A stretch of DNA of 64,000 bases. Source: Gemmatimonadaceae bacterium. GTDB taxonomy: Bacteria > Gemmatimonadota > Gemmatimonadetes > Gemmatimonadales > Gemmatimonadaceae. The DNA is taken from NCBI GenBank assembly GCA_035455745.1, contig DATIEP010000023.1, positions 16,628-80,627 of the forward strand. The letters are read 5' to 3'. Below, one piece after another: positions 48,973 through 58,934 of the stretch; the stretch's first letter is position 1, and each line of letters begins with the position of its first letter. The notes under the pieces were generated by a model. That model searched no databases. It was not told the DNA's origin and worked only from the letters and a program-made list of their open reading frames with translations. A program made the position numbers and the translations under genes.

Positions 48973-49024
48973 CGGGCCGATGCCGGCGGTCGCCGACCGC
49001 CGTGGTGAACGGGGCGCCGCACGC

Positions 49025-49192
49025 TCAGCCGCGCTTCAGAAACCTGAGGTAGAACGCGGCGAAGATGAGCACGATTCCGGCGTTCGCCAGCAGCCGCTGC
49101 CCCGATCGACCTTTGAAGAACAGCACATCGACCGCGACGATCACCGCGATCATCACGACGATATACGATATCGTGGCCGTCGAACTTCGCAT
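49025..49192 (-). CDS. Small two-helix membrane protein
   Basis: MRSSTATISYIVVMIAVIVAVDVLFFKGRSGQRLLANAGIVLIFAAFYLRFLKRG. Confidence 0.5.
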   Translation of the reverse strand: MRSSTATISYIVVMIAVIVAVDVLFFKGRSGQRLLANAGIVLIFAAFYLRFLKRG

Positions 49193-49273
49193 GCCGCCTC
49201 CCGTGCAGTGACTGATCTGTCCAGGGGGGGTCCCGTCCCTGATCAAAGCTGCCCAACCGCCTGACGCTACAGC

Positions 49274-50194
49274 TCACAGCTCCATCAGGTCTCTCCCGAC
49301 GATGATTCGGCCCCCGAAATGCTTGCCGGCTGCATCGCGCCACATCGCCTCGGTGACCAAGGGATCGTCGCTCGGGATGAGGTGCGACAGCACCAGCGTG
49401 CCCACCTGCGCTTCGGCGGCGATACGGCCGGCCTCTTCCGCCGTCGTATGATGCGACAGGATGCTGCGCCGGAGATCCGATGCGTTAGGCACGTGCACGA
49501 CGAGCCGGTCGACCGATGCGGCGTCGAACAATGCCTCGTGCACCAGGATGTCCGCGTTCCGCGCCAGCGCGACCAAGCTCTCGCTCGGCGTCGTGTCGCC
49601 GGAAATCACGATCGACCGGTCCTCGGCGTCGAACCGGTACGCGAACGCGGGCGCGATCGGCGGATGGTGCACGACCGCTGCCGTCACGCGTACGTTGTCG
49701 TCGTGCATCACCGCGCCTCCGGCGCGCACGTCATGCGCGTGCACCAGCGGCCGAAGCGGTACCCGCCCTTCGTCGGCTGTCCTGGCGCTGATGTCCGTCG
49801 CATTCATTTCGAAGAACAGGTCCGTCATGCGCTCGAGCGGCGGCGGGCCCCAACCATCGAGCCGCGTGCGCAGGCCGGCCGCCCACGCGAGGAGGATCAG
49901 GTTGCCATAGTCCGCGTTGTGATCGGAATGATGATGCGTGATGAAGATGTGTCGCACGCTTCGGAGCGGCAGGTCCGCAAGCACGAGTTGTCGCGCGACA
50001 CCGTTGCCGCAGTCCACGACGTAGACCGTCTCATTGATCACGATTGCCTGCGCTGGCGCGGCGCGTGTCTTGTGCGGTCGCGGACCGCCGGCAGTGCCGA
50101 GCAGGACGAGCCGCGTGCGGCGGCGTTCCCAGCGCGCGAGGCGTGGCGCGGCGAGAAGCACGGCTGTGCTGGCGAGAAATTGGCGACGGTCCAT
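49274..50194 (-). CDS. MBL-fold metallo-hydrolase (RNase Z/BN-like), Tat signal
   Basis: MDRRQFLASTAVLLAAP is a Tat signal. ITHHHSDH is the MBL motif, and VLSHL lies near the C-terminus. Confidence 0.85.
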   Translation of the reverse strand: MDRRQFLASTAVLLAAPRLARWERRRTRLVLLGTAGGPRPHKTRAAPAQAIVINETVYVVDCGNGVARQLVLADLPLRSVRHIFITHHHSDHNADYGNLILLAWAAGLRTRLDGWGPPPLERMTDLFFEMNATDISARTADEGRVPLRPLVHAHDVRAGGAVMHDDNVRVTAAVVHHPPIAPAFAYRFDAEDRSIVISGDTTPSESLVALARNADILVHEALFDAASVDRLVVHVPNASDLRRSILSHHTTAEEAGRIAAEAQVGTLVLSHLIPSDDPLVTEAMWRDAAGKHFGGRIIVGRDLMEL

Positions 50195-50548
50195 TCGTCC
50201 TCTCGAGAACCGCAGTCATCCGAAGATTTGTGTGGCTGTCTCACGCGAAGCTAAGCGACGAACGTCGGCACGCCCGGCAGGAAGATGCCGACGATGTTCA
50301 GGATCCGCCAGCCACACGACCACGATGACTGCGCTGTCTCTCGCCCTCGTCCACGTCAGCGATTCGTTAGGCTACTTGGGCGCGAGAGCGCGTCGGTTAG
50401 GTAGGAGGCTGTGAGCGTCGCTGTCGCCTCTCCGACTTCAATCGTACAATCAGCCCATCCGTAACCGGTGAGCTCCTAGCGGAGCTTCATTGAATCCCCG
50501 TAGTCGCTTACCGCACGTCAGGCAGTGGCGCTCCCATGCACTCCCGGG

Positions 50549-51469
50549 TCAGTGCTTCTTCTTCGCGACCAGCGCGCTCTCGGCCGGCGCGAGCTCCCGG
50601 ACCTGCCACGGGCTCACCAGAAAGCGTACGCCGCCGGTGTCCGCACGCGCCGTCACTGCGCTCACAGCCGAGTCCATCGTTAGGCCGAAGATCGTCTTGC
50701 CGTGGCGATCCTGCAGTGCGATGTGGATCGGCGCGGCATGCCCCGCCGTCGAGTCGCTCGAACGCGCCGGCGCAAATCCCGATGCACGGAAATCGCGATA
50801 CTGGCCGAGCAAACTCGAGACAGCCGATGTGTCCGCCACTGCGCCCGAGGCGAATCGCCATCCGTTAGGCCCTCGCCGCAATGCATACGCCGCCTTCCGG
50901 CGAATCTCGATCGCGCCAACGCTGTCCGGCACGACATCGGCGATGCGCGTATCGCGCCATTCGTTCGCGTCGCGATGCAACGCCGACGCCAGCGCGCCGC
51001 GCAACGCATACACCGGATCCGCACTCGCCATCCGCACGTACACGCCGCTGCCATCGTCGGCCGCCTTCCCGGCCACCAGATCGAGCACCCTCGTGCCGCG
51101 TGCATCGACCCGCACCGATGTGCCGCTGTCCGGCGTGACGCCCAACTGCGCGTGCATGCCGCGCCCCTCCGATACCAGCTCCGTTTGCCTCGCCGTATCG
51201 GCGAGACCGCCTAACAACGACGCCACGGCGCCCGAATCGGCGCGATAGCCGTTCGCCGTCCAGTGCGCGCGCGCGGTCCCGCGCGCCAGCACGGTCGTGT
51301 CCCGACCTTTCGCCAGCACGATAGTATCCACGCGCGCGGTGTCGATGCGCGGCAGCGCCAGCGTCACGGGCCGGTCGGACACCGGGCCGTGCACGAGCGC
51401 CAGCGCGCCCCATGCCACCAGCGCAATCGCGAGCGCGACCGCGATCCGTACGAGCGCCGTCTTGCTCAT
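50549..51469 (-). CDS. DUF4340-like protein of the GldG-type ABC operon
   Basis: Start at MSKTALVRIAVALAIALVAWGAL (complement of 51467-51469), overlapping the upstream stop (ATGA). The long ORF-track N-terminus is a shadow. Confidence 0.6.
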   Translation of the reverse strand: MSKTALVRIAVALAIALVAWGALALVHGPVSDRPVTLALPRIDTARVDTIVLAKGRDTTVLARGTARAHWTANGYRADSGAVASLLGGLADTARQTELVSEGRGMHAQLGVTPDSGTSVRVDARGTRVLDLVAGKAADDGSGVYVRMASADPVYALRGALASALHRDANEWRDTRIADVVPDSVGAIEIRRKAAYALRRGPNGWRFASGAVADTSAVSSLLGQYRDFRASGFAPARSSDSTAGHAAPIHIALQDRHGKTIFGLTMDSAVSAVTARADTGGVRFLVSPWQVRELAPAESALVAKKKH

Positions 51470-53742
51470 ACGGCCGCCTCGACCAGCCCGGCCCCGCGGC
51501 GCTCGGGCGTCGCGCGCGACCGCCGGCGTCGCCGCAACAGATGCCCGAGGCCTAACAATGCCACGATCGCCGGCAGCGCCACCATGTTCCCGTATTCGGC
51601 CGTATCGTGCCTGGCCGCGCTGGCGAAACTGAGCGGCGGCGGCGCCACGTTCTTCGAGCGAATGCTGATCAGCGACTCGTCCTGCGCCAACCAGTCCGTC
51701 GCATTGAGCACCAGGTCGAGATTGCCCTGCGCATTCTGGACGAACCGGTCGCTCACGAAGTCCGAGTTGCCGACGACGATCACTCGACCGTGCGGCGCGA
51801 CGGCGCCCTTCCCCGTCCCGGTCGGCGCCACCTGCACCGCGAGCAAGCGCGACGCCAGCCCGTCCTGCGACCAATTCTGCGACGGCACGATCGTCGCGCT
51901 CCCGGTGTCCGCGCCCGAGGCGCGACTCGACACGAGCAGCGGCGTGATCGTGTAGCCTGTCTTCTTCGTCGTGTCGATGCTGCTCGTCCACGGCAGCAGC
52001 ACGTCGCTCACATCGCGATTCACCACCGATGCGCCCGTGCTGTGGGCGCGCACGAACAACGGATATCGCTGCACCACTTCCACGCCGCCGGATGTCGACA
52101 TCGGCACGATCGCATTCGCGGCGAGATCGTACACCATGTCGTTCCTGATCTGCACGCCGAAGGGTTCGAGCACCTGATTCCACGACACCACCTGCGGCGC
52201 CGCGATCGGATAGCGGTCGTTCACCCGCATGCCGGATGCGAGCACCAAGGCGCTGCCGCCGCGCTTGAAGAACGCGCTGTAGCGCGCCGCCGCGCGAGGC
52301 GTCAGCATCGGCGGCGAGCCGACGAGTACCAGCGCGGTCACGTCCGGCGCCGGCTGCGTCGAATCGGTGGCCGACACGGTCCGCACGGTGTACGACTTGC
52401 CGAGCTCCTGCGTCAGCTCGCCTAACGTCGAGCCCTGCTGGCCGGCCGTCGCCGTGGCGTCCATCACGGCTACCACCGGTTTCTTCGGCTGCGTGAGGGC
52501 GCGAATGTCGCTCACGATCTGATACTCGAGGTCATCGGTGCTGCTCACGAAGGGGATGGTCTGCGTCTTCGACCCGTACTGGATCGCGAGACCCAGCCAC
52601 CCGTCCTTCACCTGCAGCTCCGACTGGCCGACGACGTTGAACTGCACCGGCTCGATGCCTAACGACTCGGCGTCGTTGCGCGCCGGCACGTCGCTCGACG
52701 GATCGCGCCGTTCGACGCGGATCTTGTCGTGCGCGGCCGAGCGCAGGTCGCGCAGCAGGTCGTCCATCTCGTGCTGCATCAGCGCGACGCGCGTCGGCAG
52801 CTGGCTCGACGCGAACACCTTGATCGTCACCAGATCGTCGAGGTGCCCGACGATCTGCTTCGTGGCCGGCGACAGCGTGTACGCCTTGCCCGGCGTGAGG
52901 TCGAGCCGGCCGCCGATGTATCCACCCAACAAGTCGATGACGACCAGCGTTGCGACGAGCAGCGATACGCCGAGCCGGAGGCGCCGCGCCGCCGCACCCC
53001 GGCGCGCGAGCTTGCGGCGCAGCACCGCGCCGTACGCCAGTGCCAGGAACACGCCGATGAGCGACAGGAAGTACACGGCATCGCGCGCGTCGATCACGCC
53101 GCGGCCGATGTTCTCGAAGTGCGACAGCACGCCTAAGCGTGCCGCGCCCGCAGCCAGGGTCGGCGGCAGGCCGACGAGCAGCTGGTCGAGCCCCACCAGA
53201 ATGAGCACGAACATCACCGCGACCGCCGCGATGAACGCCGTGATCTGGCTGCGCACGAGGCTGCTCGCCCACACGCCGACAGCGGCGAGGCCGGCCGCCA
53301 GCAGCGCCGCCCCCACGTATTGCGCGGCCACCGGGCCCCACTGCACGTCCGCTCCTAACGTTAGGCCGAGTGGGATGCAGAGGGTGAGGGCCAGCGCGAT
53401 CCACAGGAACAACACCGCGCCGACGTACTTGCCCACCACGAACTCGAGCTCGGTGAGCGGCTGCGACAGCACCACTTCCATCACGCCGCTGCGGGCATCC
53501 TCGGCCAGCGTGCGCATGGTGACCGCCGGCACGAAGAACAGGAACACCCACGGCAGCAGCGCGAGCATCGGCCGCAGCGTGGCGATGCCCTGCATGTCGA
53601 TCTCGCGGAAATACAAGAACGCGTTGATCGCCAGAAATACCACGAGCAGCACGTACCCCGTGGGGTGATCGAACATCGCCCCCAGCTCTCGGCGCGCGAT
53701 GGTCCAGATGCGGTGCCAGGCACCGCGCGAAGCACGCGTCAT
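51466..53742 (-). CDS. ABC-2 type permease fused to GldG-like (ABC-type uncharacterized transport system) domain
   Basis: Start at MTRASRGAWHRIWTIARREL (overlaps the ATPase stop, ATGA). Six hydrophobic helices are followed by a large extracytoplasmic domain and a C-terminal anchor (YGNMVALPAIVALLGLGHLL). Confidence 0.7.
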   Translation of the reverse strand: MTRASRGAWHRIWTIARRELGAMFDHPTGYVLLVVFLAINAFLYFREIDMQGIATLRPMLALLPWVFLFFVPAVTMRTLAEDARSGVMEVVLSQPLTELEFVVGKYVGAVLFLWIALALTLCIPLGLTLGADVQWGPVAAQYVGAALLAAGLAAVGVWASSLVRSQITAFIAAVAVMFVLILVGLDQLLVGLPPTLAAGAARLGVLSHFENIGRGVIDARDAVYFLSLIGVFLALAYGAVLRRKLARRGAAARRLRLGVSLLVATLVVIDLLGGYIGGRLDLTPGKAYTLSPATKQIVGHLDDLVTIKVFASSQLPTRVALMQHEMDDLLRDLRSAAHDKIRVERRDPSSDVPARNDAESLGIEPVQFNVVGQSELQVKDGWLGLAIQYGSKTQTIPFVSSTDDLEYQIVSDIRALTQPKKPVVAVMDATATAGQQGSTLGELTQELGKSYTVRTVSATDSTQPAPDVTALVLVGSPPMLTPRAAARYSAFFKRGGSALVLASGMRVNDRYPIAAPQVVSWNQVLEPFGVQIRNDMVYDLAANAIVPMSTSGGVEVVQRYPLFVRAHSTGASVVNRDVSDVLLPWTSSIDTTKKTGYTITPLLVSSRASGADTGSATIVPSQNWSQDGLASRLLAVQVAPTGTGKGAVAPHGRVIVVGNSDFVSDRFVQNAQGNLDLVLNATDWLAQDESLISIRSKNVAPPPLSFASAARHDTAEYGNMVALPAIVALLGLGHLLRRRRRSRATPERRGAGLVEAAV
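53354..53365. repeat. Perfect 12-nt palindrome CCTAACGTTAGG (two overlapping copies of the abundant word)
   Basis: Lies inside the permease CDS, where it is read as L-T-L-G using CTA and TTA codons. Confidence 0.9.
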
Positions 53743-54680
53743 GATTTGTCCTCCGCACCCGTGAGATGCCGGAACAGGTCTTCCAGGGTTTCTGCTTCGC
53801 GGTGGAGCTCGAGGAGCGTCCACCCGCGCGACTTCGCGAGATCGAACACGTCGGCGCGAATGTCGCGGCCGCGTTCGGCGGCGAGACGGAACTTGGAGGT
53901 GTCGCCGGCCGTGTCCTGCTCCTCTATGGATTGCACACCAGGGAGCGCCGCGAGCGCGTCGCCGCCGCCGGCTCCGCGCAGCTCGACCACTACGTGGGCG
54001 CTCCCCGCGTCGCCGCTCAACAGCACGTCGACTGCTCCGTCGGCCGCGATGCGCCCGCGATTGATGATCACGACGCGCGAGCACGTATGTTGGACCTCGG
54101 GCAGCACGTGTGTCGAAAGAATCACCGTGCGCTCCCGGCCTAACTCGCCAATCAGGCGTCGGATCTCGATGCGCTGATTGGGGTCGAGCCCTTCGGTCGG
54201 CTCGTCGAGCACGAGGAGATCGGGCCGGTGGAGGATCGCCGCGGCGAATCCGACGCGCTGCTTGAATCCCTTGGACAGCTCGGCGATGGGCCGCTGGTAG
54301 ACGCTGCCGAGTCCGGTCGCGTCCACGGCGTCCTCGATCGCGCGGCGGCGATCTTCGCCGCGCAGCTCGCGCAGTCGTGCGACGAAGTCGAGGTACTCCG
54401 CGACGAGCATCTCGCCGTACAGCGGGTTGTTCTCGGGGAGAAAGCCGAGCCGGCGCTTTGCGTCGCGGCCGGCCTCGGAGAGGGGCACGCCATCGAGCCG
54501 GATTTCGCCGGCGTCGGGCTCGTAGACTTGCGTCACCATGCGCATGGTGGTGGACTTGCCGGCGCCGTTGGGCCCGAGAAATCCGACCACGTGTCCGCGG
54601 TCGATGCTGAACGACACGTCATCGACGGCGGTGATGCCGTCGAAGCGCTTGGTGACGCGTTCCAGGGTAAGCAGGGACAT
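53739..54680 (-). CDS. ABC transporter ATP-binding protein
   Basis: Start at MSLLTLERVTKRF. GPNGAGKSTT is Walker A, LSKGFKQRV the signature and LLVLDEPTEGLD Walker B. Confidence 0.9.
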   Translation of the reverse strand: MSLLTLERVTKRFDGITAVDDVSFSIDRGHVVGFLGPNGAGKSTTMRMVTQVYEPDAGEIRLDGVPLSEAGRDAKRRLGFLPENNPLYGEMLVAEYLDFVARLRELRGEDRRRAIEDAVDATGLGSVYQRPIAELSKGFKQRVGFAAAILHRPDLLVLDEPTEGLDPNQRIEIRRLIGELGRERTVILSTHVLPEVQHTCSRVVIINRGRIAADGAVDVLLSGDAGSAHVVVELRGAGGGDALAALPGVQSIEEQDTAGDTSKFRLAAERGRDIRADVFDLAKSRGWTLLELHREAETLEDLFRHLTGAEDKS

Positions 54681-54880
54681 TTGTGGGCGATCGTGATGGC
54701 GGCGGTTAGGCGCCGGGATACACGCTCCGCATGGGCGCCCGTGTGGGGCGTCCTGGACGGTTAGGGACGCGGCGCCGCAGCGCGACGCCATGGTCTGATA
54801 TGTGTATCGCTTTTTAGACGCGTGTTCGCGCGTTGTCAACCTCTGCGGTGGTCACGCGGCCTGACGAGTCCAACGCGTGC

Positions 54881-55324
54881 TCACCGCACCGTCACCAGCG
54901 CGACCATACCGAGCATCGCATGCTGCGGCTTGCCCGCGCCGTCCCGGAACTGGCACATCAGCGCGTAGTGCTCCCCGGCACGCAGCTCGGCGTACAGCGC
55001 CTCGCGCGTCGTCTGTCCCGGCGCCGCGATCAGGACCCCGCCGCTCATGTCCGCCACGGAGTCCGGCACGTTGCCGCTCGCGAGATAGGCGCGCGCCGTC
55101 GAATCGTCGACGTTCGTGTTGAAGCGAAAGAGCTGAACCTCGTGCAGGACATGACCGCGATTCACGAAATGGAACACCGTCGGTCCGGCAGGCGCTGTCG
55201 CTGGGACGACGTAACTGTAGTCGTGTGCTTCGATCGTGACGTGGCGCAGTGCCGGCGACGGCCGTGCGGCGCCGGTGAGCGTGAGGGCAACAGCGGCCAG
55301 ACCTGCTCGCGGTGCAAACGGCAT
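54881..55324 (-). CDS. Secreted cupredoxin-like protein (possible type-1 copper site)
   Basis: Signal peptide MPFAPRAGLAAVALTLTGAA. Candidate ligands are H in VLHEV and C...H..M in YALMCQFRDGAGKPQHAMLGM. The spacing is atypical. Confidence 0.35.
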   Translation of the reverse strand: MPFAPRAGLAAVALTLTGAARPSPALRHVTIEAHDYSYVVPATAPAGPTVFHFVNRGHVLHEVQLFRFNTNVDDSTARAYLASGNVPDSVADMSGGVLIAAPGQTTREALYAELRAGEHYALMCQFRDGAGKPQHAMLGMVALVTVR

Positions 55325-55358
55325 GGGTCCCCCTGTCGTTAGGAATGACGCGCTTCGC

Positions 55359-57815
55359 CTAACCGTCAGCGCGGAGCGCCGTCATCGGGTCGACGCGCGC
55401 GCCGGTGCGAGCCGGGCCGATGCTGGCCAGCGCCGCGATGCCGGCCAGCATCATCACGACGCCGGCGAGCGTGACAAGATCAGTCGGTCCGACGCCGTAG
55501 AGCAGCGCCGAGAGCGCCCGGTTCGCCCACGATGCGGCGACCAGTCCAGCAACCGCTCCGGCGGCGGCGATCATCAACCCTCTGCCTAACACCATCGATC
55601 GAATTGCAGACGCTGTCGCGCCCAACGCAATGCGAACGCCGATCTCGTGCGCGCGCTGCCGCACCATGGTCGACATCACGCCGAACAGACCGATCGCTGC
55701 CAGCACCACAGCCGCGCCGGCGAAGGTCAGCAACAAGAACGTGTTCAGGCGCGGCTGGCCGAGCGGCTCGCGCATGTAGGTCGCGAACGGCGCGGCGGTG
55801 GCAAGCCGGACACCCGGCGCCGCGTGGTCGATCACGCGGCGAATGACCGGCACGAGCGCGTTCGGGTCGCCCGTGGAACGAATCGCGAGCGTCGTTGGCG
55901 TGAATGCCAACGAGCTTTGCGCGACGGGGAAGTACACGCTCGGCAGCACGTCACGAAGGTCACGATAGCGCGTATCCGGTACGACGCCAATGACGGTGAA
56001 CAGTTCATTCGGTGACGGTCCCATGATCAGTTGCCGGCCGATCGGATCGCGGCCCGGCCAGTAGGCGCGCGCTGCGCTTTGGCTCACGATCGTCACCCGT
56101 TCGGCGCCTTCATGGTCGCCATCGGTGAAGGCACGACCGCGCAGGACCGGAAGACCAAACGCCGCGAAATAGTCCGGCGACACCACTTCCATGTCGAACG
56201 TAGCGTTCGTCGCGGCCTCGGCGTCCGACTGCCCAACGGTGCGCGCATGCCCGGTCCATCCGCCGTTCCCCGAGAACGGGCGCGCCACCACCGGCGAGAC
56301 GCCCTGCACGCCCGGCGTTGCGCTCAGCTGTATCACCAGCTCGCGCACGAGCGAAGCCAGCGACGCGGTCGAACCGTATTCATCGTAGCGAATGGCGAGC
56401 TCGGCCACGAGCATGTGCGACGCGTCGAATCCCAGCTTCGCGCTCTGCAGGTTGAGCAGGCTCCGCCCAACGAGGGCGGCGGCGGAGAGCATCACGACGG
56501 CGAGAGCGACCTGCGCCGCCGCCAGCGCTTCGCGCAGGCGGCGCGGTCCGTGTCCGGCGCTCTGCCTCGCGCCGGATCGGAGTTGCGCGTTGACGTCGCC
56601 GCGCGTCGAGAGGAATGCCGGCGCCAGACCGAACAGCAGTGTGGCGATCGTCGTGATGCCTAACGCCGCGATCAGGGCGGTACGATCGAGTCGGACGCGG
56701 CCGAGGAGCGGAATCTGCGTTGGCGCGAAGGCGAGAAAGCCGCCGACGGCGAGCGCAGCCACCGCGAGGCCGGCCACGCCTCCGGCCAGCGCAAGCACCG
56801 AGTTCTCGGCCACGAGTTGCGCGATGATTCGCGAGCGAGAGGCGCCGAGCGCGACACGGACCGCCATCTCGCGCGTACGCGCCAGTCCGCGGACGAGCAG
56901 CAGATTGGCGACGTTGATACACGCGATGATCAGCAACACGGCCGCCGCGGCGGCGAATGCAAACACAGCCGGTCGCGCATCGCCCAATATCACCGCTGTG
57001 AGTGCACGCGCTCGACCACGAAGCGCGCGCTGGCCGATCGGCGCATCGGCGCGATGGAAGAATGCGGTGAGCTCGTTCGCCGCTGCGGCCGCGGTGGCGC
57101 CGCGCGCCAGCCGCCCAACGAGATAGAGTGCCGTATACGCGCTGGTGTCGCTGGCGCTGGTCAACCGCGCCGGCACGAAGGGCGCCCAGAAATCTGCGCC
57201 GGTGGGGAATGCGACGCCGCGAGGCATCACGCCGACGACCTGATACCGTAGACCGAATTCTTCGGCCGAGAGAATGCGGCCGATGACGGCCGGATCCTTG
57301 TCGAACCAGCGTTGCCAGGCCTCGTAGCTGATGACGGCCACCGGCGCGGCGCCGAAGAGGTTGTCGTTAGGCGTGAGCACGCGCCCCAGAACCGGCGGCG
57401 CGCCAAGGACCGTGAAGTAGTTGCCGGATACGAGGGCGCGGCGCAGGCGCACATCGGCGTCGCCGAGCCGGACGGTGACGGGCCACGCGCCTTCGTACGC
57501 CACGTACGCGACGCTCTGCTCGGCTCGGGTACGTTGGGCGAAGTCGCGCGTGTCGGCGAGGTCGAGCGGCACGTGGTCGATCGAGCGGCCGTGCGCTTCG
57601 CCCCACAACTCGACGAGGCGGCTCTGGTCGCGGACGGGAAGTCGGCGCAGCACGAGCGCATCGGCGACGGTGAACACCGCCGTCGATAAACCGATGCCTA
57701 ACGCGAGGATGGCGATCACGGTCGCCGAGAACCGCGGCGCGCGGGCCAGGGCGCGGAGCTGCGAGCGGCCGTCGTGCAGCAGACTCACTCGATGTCCCTC
57801 GCCGCCTTCACGCAT
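55359..57815 (-). CDS. Duplicated orphan FtsX/MacB-type ABC permease (ADOP-type)
   Basis: Start at MREGGEGHRVSLLHDGRSQLRALARAPRFSATVIAILALGIGLSTAVFTV (complement of 57813-57815). The protein ends ...RTGARVDPMTALRADG. The stop TAG is inside GTTAGGC. Confidence 0.8.
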   Translation of the reverse strand: MREGGEGHRVSLLHDGRSQLRALARAPRFSATVIAILALGIGLSTAVFTVADALVLRRLPVRDQSRLVELWGEAHGRSIDHVPLDLADTRDFAQRTRAEQSVAYVAYEGAWPVTVRLGDADVRLRRALVSGNYFTVLGAPPVLGRVLTPNDNLFGAAPVAVISYEAWQRWFDKDPAVIGRILSAEEFGLRYQVVGVMPRGVAFPTGADFWAPFVPARLTSASDTSAYTALYLVGRLARGATAAAAANELTAFFHRADAPIGQRALRGRARALTAVILGDARPAVFAFAAAAAVLLIIACINVANLLLVRGLARTREMAVRVALGASRSRIIAQLVAENSVLALAGGVAGLAVAALAVGGFLAFAPTQIPLLGRVRLDRTALIAALGITTIATLLFGLAPAFLSTRGDVNAQLRSGARQSAGHGPRRLREALAAAQVALAVVMLSAAALVGRSLLNLQSAKLGFDASHMLVAELAIRYDEYGSTASLASLVRELVIQLSATPGVQGVSPVVARPFSGNGGWTGHARTVGQSDAEAATNATFDMEVVSPDYFAAFGLPVLRGRAFTDGDHEGAERVTIVSQSAARAYWPGRDPIGRQLIMGPSPNELFTVIGVVPDTRYRDLRDVLPSVYFPVAQSSLAFTPTTLAIRSTGDPNALVPVIRRVIDHAAPGVRLATAAPFATYMREPLGQPRLNTFLLLTFAGAAVVLAAIGLFGVMSTMVRQRAHEIGVRIALGATASAIRSMVLGRGLMIAAAGAVAGLVAASWANRALSALLYGVGPTDLVTLAGVVMMLAGIAALASIGPARTGARVDPMTALRADG

Positions 57816-57875
57816 CGGCCGATCGTCTCCCAGGTGCGCGTCGTCACGTCCGGACCGAACGTCTTGGCGATGAGC
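57654..57875. repeat. Left copy of the duplicated DUF1697-3'end / permease-5'end junction
   Basis: 57654-57707 matches 62417-62470 (50/54). 57797-57875 matches 62471-62548 (about 74/78). The 89 nt at 57708-57796 are missing from the right copy. Confidence 0.8.
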
Positions 57876-58071
57876 CTCGAATTTCCCGGCATCGCGCCGC
57901 AAGGGCGGTATCGGCACTGATCGCACGGGTCCCATGCACAATCTCGTTGATGCGCCGGGCCGGCACGCTCATGTCCTTGGACAGTCGATACTGCGAAATG
58001 GCCAAGGGCCCGAGAAAGTCCAGCGCGAGCACTTCGCCCGGGTGAATCGGAGCCAATTTGCGCTTTGCCAT
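57844..58071 (-). pseudogene. higA: HigA-family antitoxin, C-terminally truncated at the repeat boundary
   Basis: MAKRKLAPIHPGEVLALDFLGPLAISQYRLSKDMSVPARRINEIVHGTRAISADTAL is typical HigA. After about 57886 the reading frame runs into the duplicated DUF1697 3' segment. Confidence 0.6.
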
Positions 58072-58078
58072 CGAAACC

Positions 58079-58330
58079 TCAGTGATAGTCGACGATTTCC
58101 ACGTCATACGCGTTCCCGTCCTTCCAGCGAAAGCAGATTCGCCACTGATCATTGATCCGAATGCTGTGCTGGCCGGCTGATCGCTTGTCGGCTTCGGCGT
58201 ACGCTCGGCAGCGGCGGCGAGATCGATGCGTCGCGCACGCTATGGACGATTCATGATCGCGGCTTCCGAACGGGCGCGGTCTGCCAAAACTCTCGATCCG
58301 CCTGCACCCACTCGGGCGCCGGCATTCTCC
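58079..58330 (-). pseudogene. higB: HigB (RelE/ParE-family killer) toxin, frameshifted
   Basis: The C-terminus is intact in one frame (SAGQHSIRINDQWRICFRWKDGNAYDVEIVDYH*, stop at 58079-58081). N-terminal pieces are recoverable only in the two other frames (..DREFWQT.. and ..RARRIDLAAAAER..). Confidence 0.55.
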
Positions 58331-58360
58331 AGTTGGGCCGGACGGCGAATTATTCGTGTT

Positions 58361-58462
58361 GTCGATCGAACGTCCCAGTTCAGCTGCACGTGAGCTTTAT
58401 TAGGCGCTTGGCCAAGCCGTGGCAATCATTCGATCGCTTGTCAGCTGCAACGTTCGTTAGGC
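58361..58462 (-). repeat. attC-like palindrome with degenerate 3' box (P8)
   Basis: Coding strand: GCCTAAC-GAACG-TTGCAGCTGACAAGCG ... CACGTGCAGCTGAACTGGGA-CGTTC-GATCGAC, 102 nt. The 5-nt spacers pair perfectly, and the inner boxes share the CAGCTG core. It starts 7 nt after the RES stop. Confidence 0.5.
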
Positions 58463-58469
58463 GGCTTGC

Positions 58470-58931
58470 TCAGCGGAGCAAACGAGGATCGAAGTCGTAC
58501 ACAGAGATGGAATCGACTGTAAGCCGGCCAAAGTGTGCGTGCTCCGGATTGATGAGAATGTTGAATCCTCCGTCAACAATCACGCTGGGGACTCGCAAGG
58601 CCAAAGAGCGTCCGGACGTGATCCACTCATCGCCGACAGTCTGAACTGACGAAGGGACTGGCGAAACCTTCCAGTCTTTCGGCAACGCACCTGGAGCGAG
58701 ATCCTCCACAAGGGAGTCAGGCACCGTCGCCGAGATCAGCGAGTATCCAACTGGTGATCCGCCGCCTCCACTCAGATGAACCAGAACCTCCAACACGGCG
58801 AGCGCAGAGTTGCCTGACGCGTAGGCGACACGCGTCCCACGGCTGTTCCATCGCGCCCCGTACAGTCGAGCGCCCTCGCCGTTGAACGCGGTAGCGGCAT
58901 ACCGAGTCTTGGTTAGGCGCCAAACGCGCAT
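58470..58931 (-). CDS. RES-domain toxin (NAD+-degrading family)
   Basis: MRVWRLTKTRYAATAFNGEGARLYGARWNSRGTRVAYASGNSALAVLEVLVHL carries the R..E..S signature. Confidence 0.85.
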   Translation of the reverse strand: MRVWRLTKTRYAATAFNGEGARLYGARWNSRGTRVAYASGNSALAVLEVLVHLSGGGGSPVGYSLISATVPDSLVEDLAPGALPKDWKVSPVPSSVQTVGDEWITSGRSLALRVPSVIVDGGFNILINPEHAHFGRLTVDSISVYDFDPRLLR

Positions 58932-58934
58932 CGC

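Noticed and set aside
50250-50345. A YbaN/DUF454-like N-terminal fragment on the minus strand (..GWRILNIVGIFLPGVPTFVA*).
   Set aside because: Only about 20 codons resemble the family, and there is a premature stop and no start. It is too short to call.
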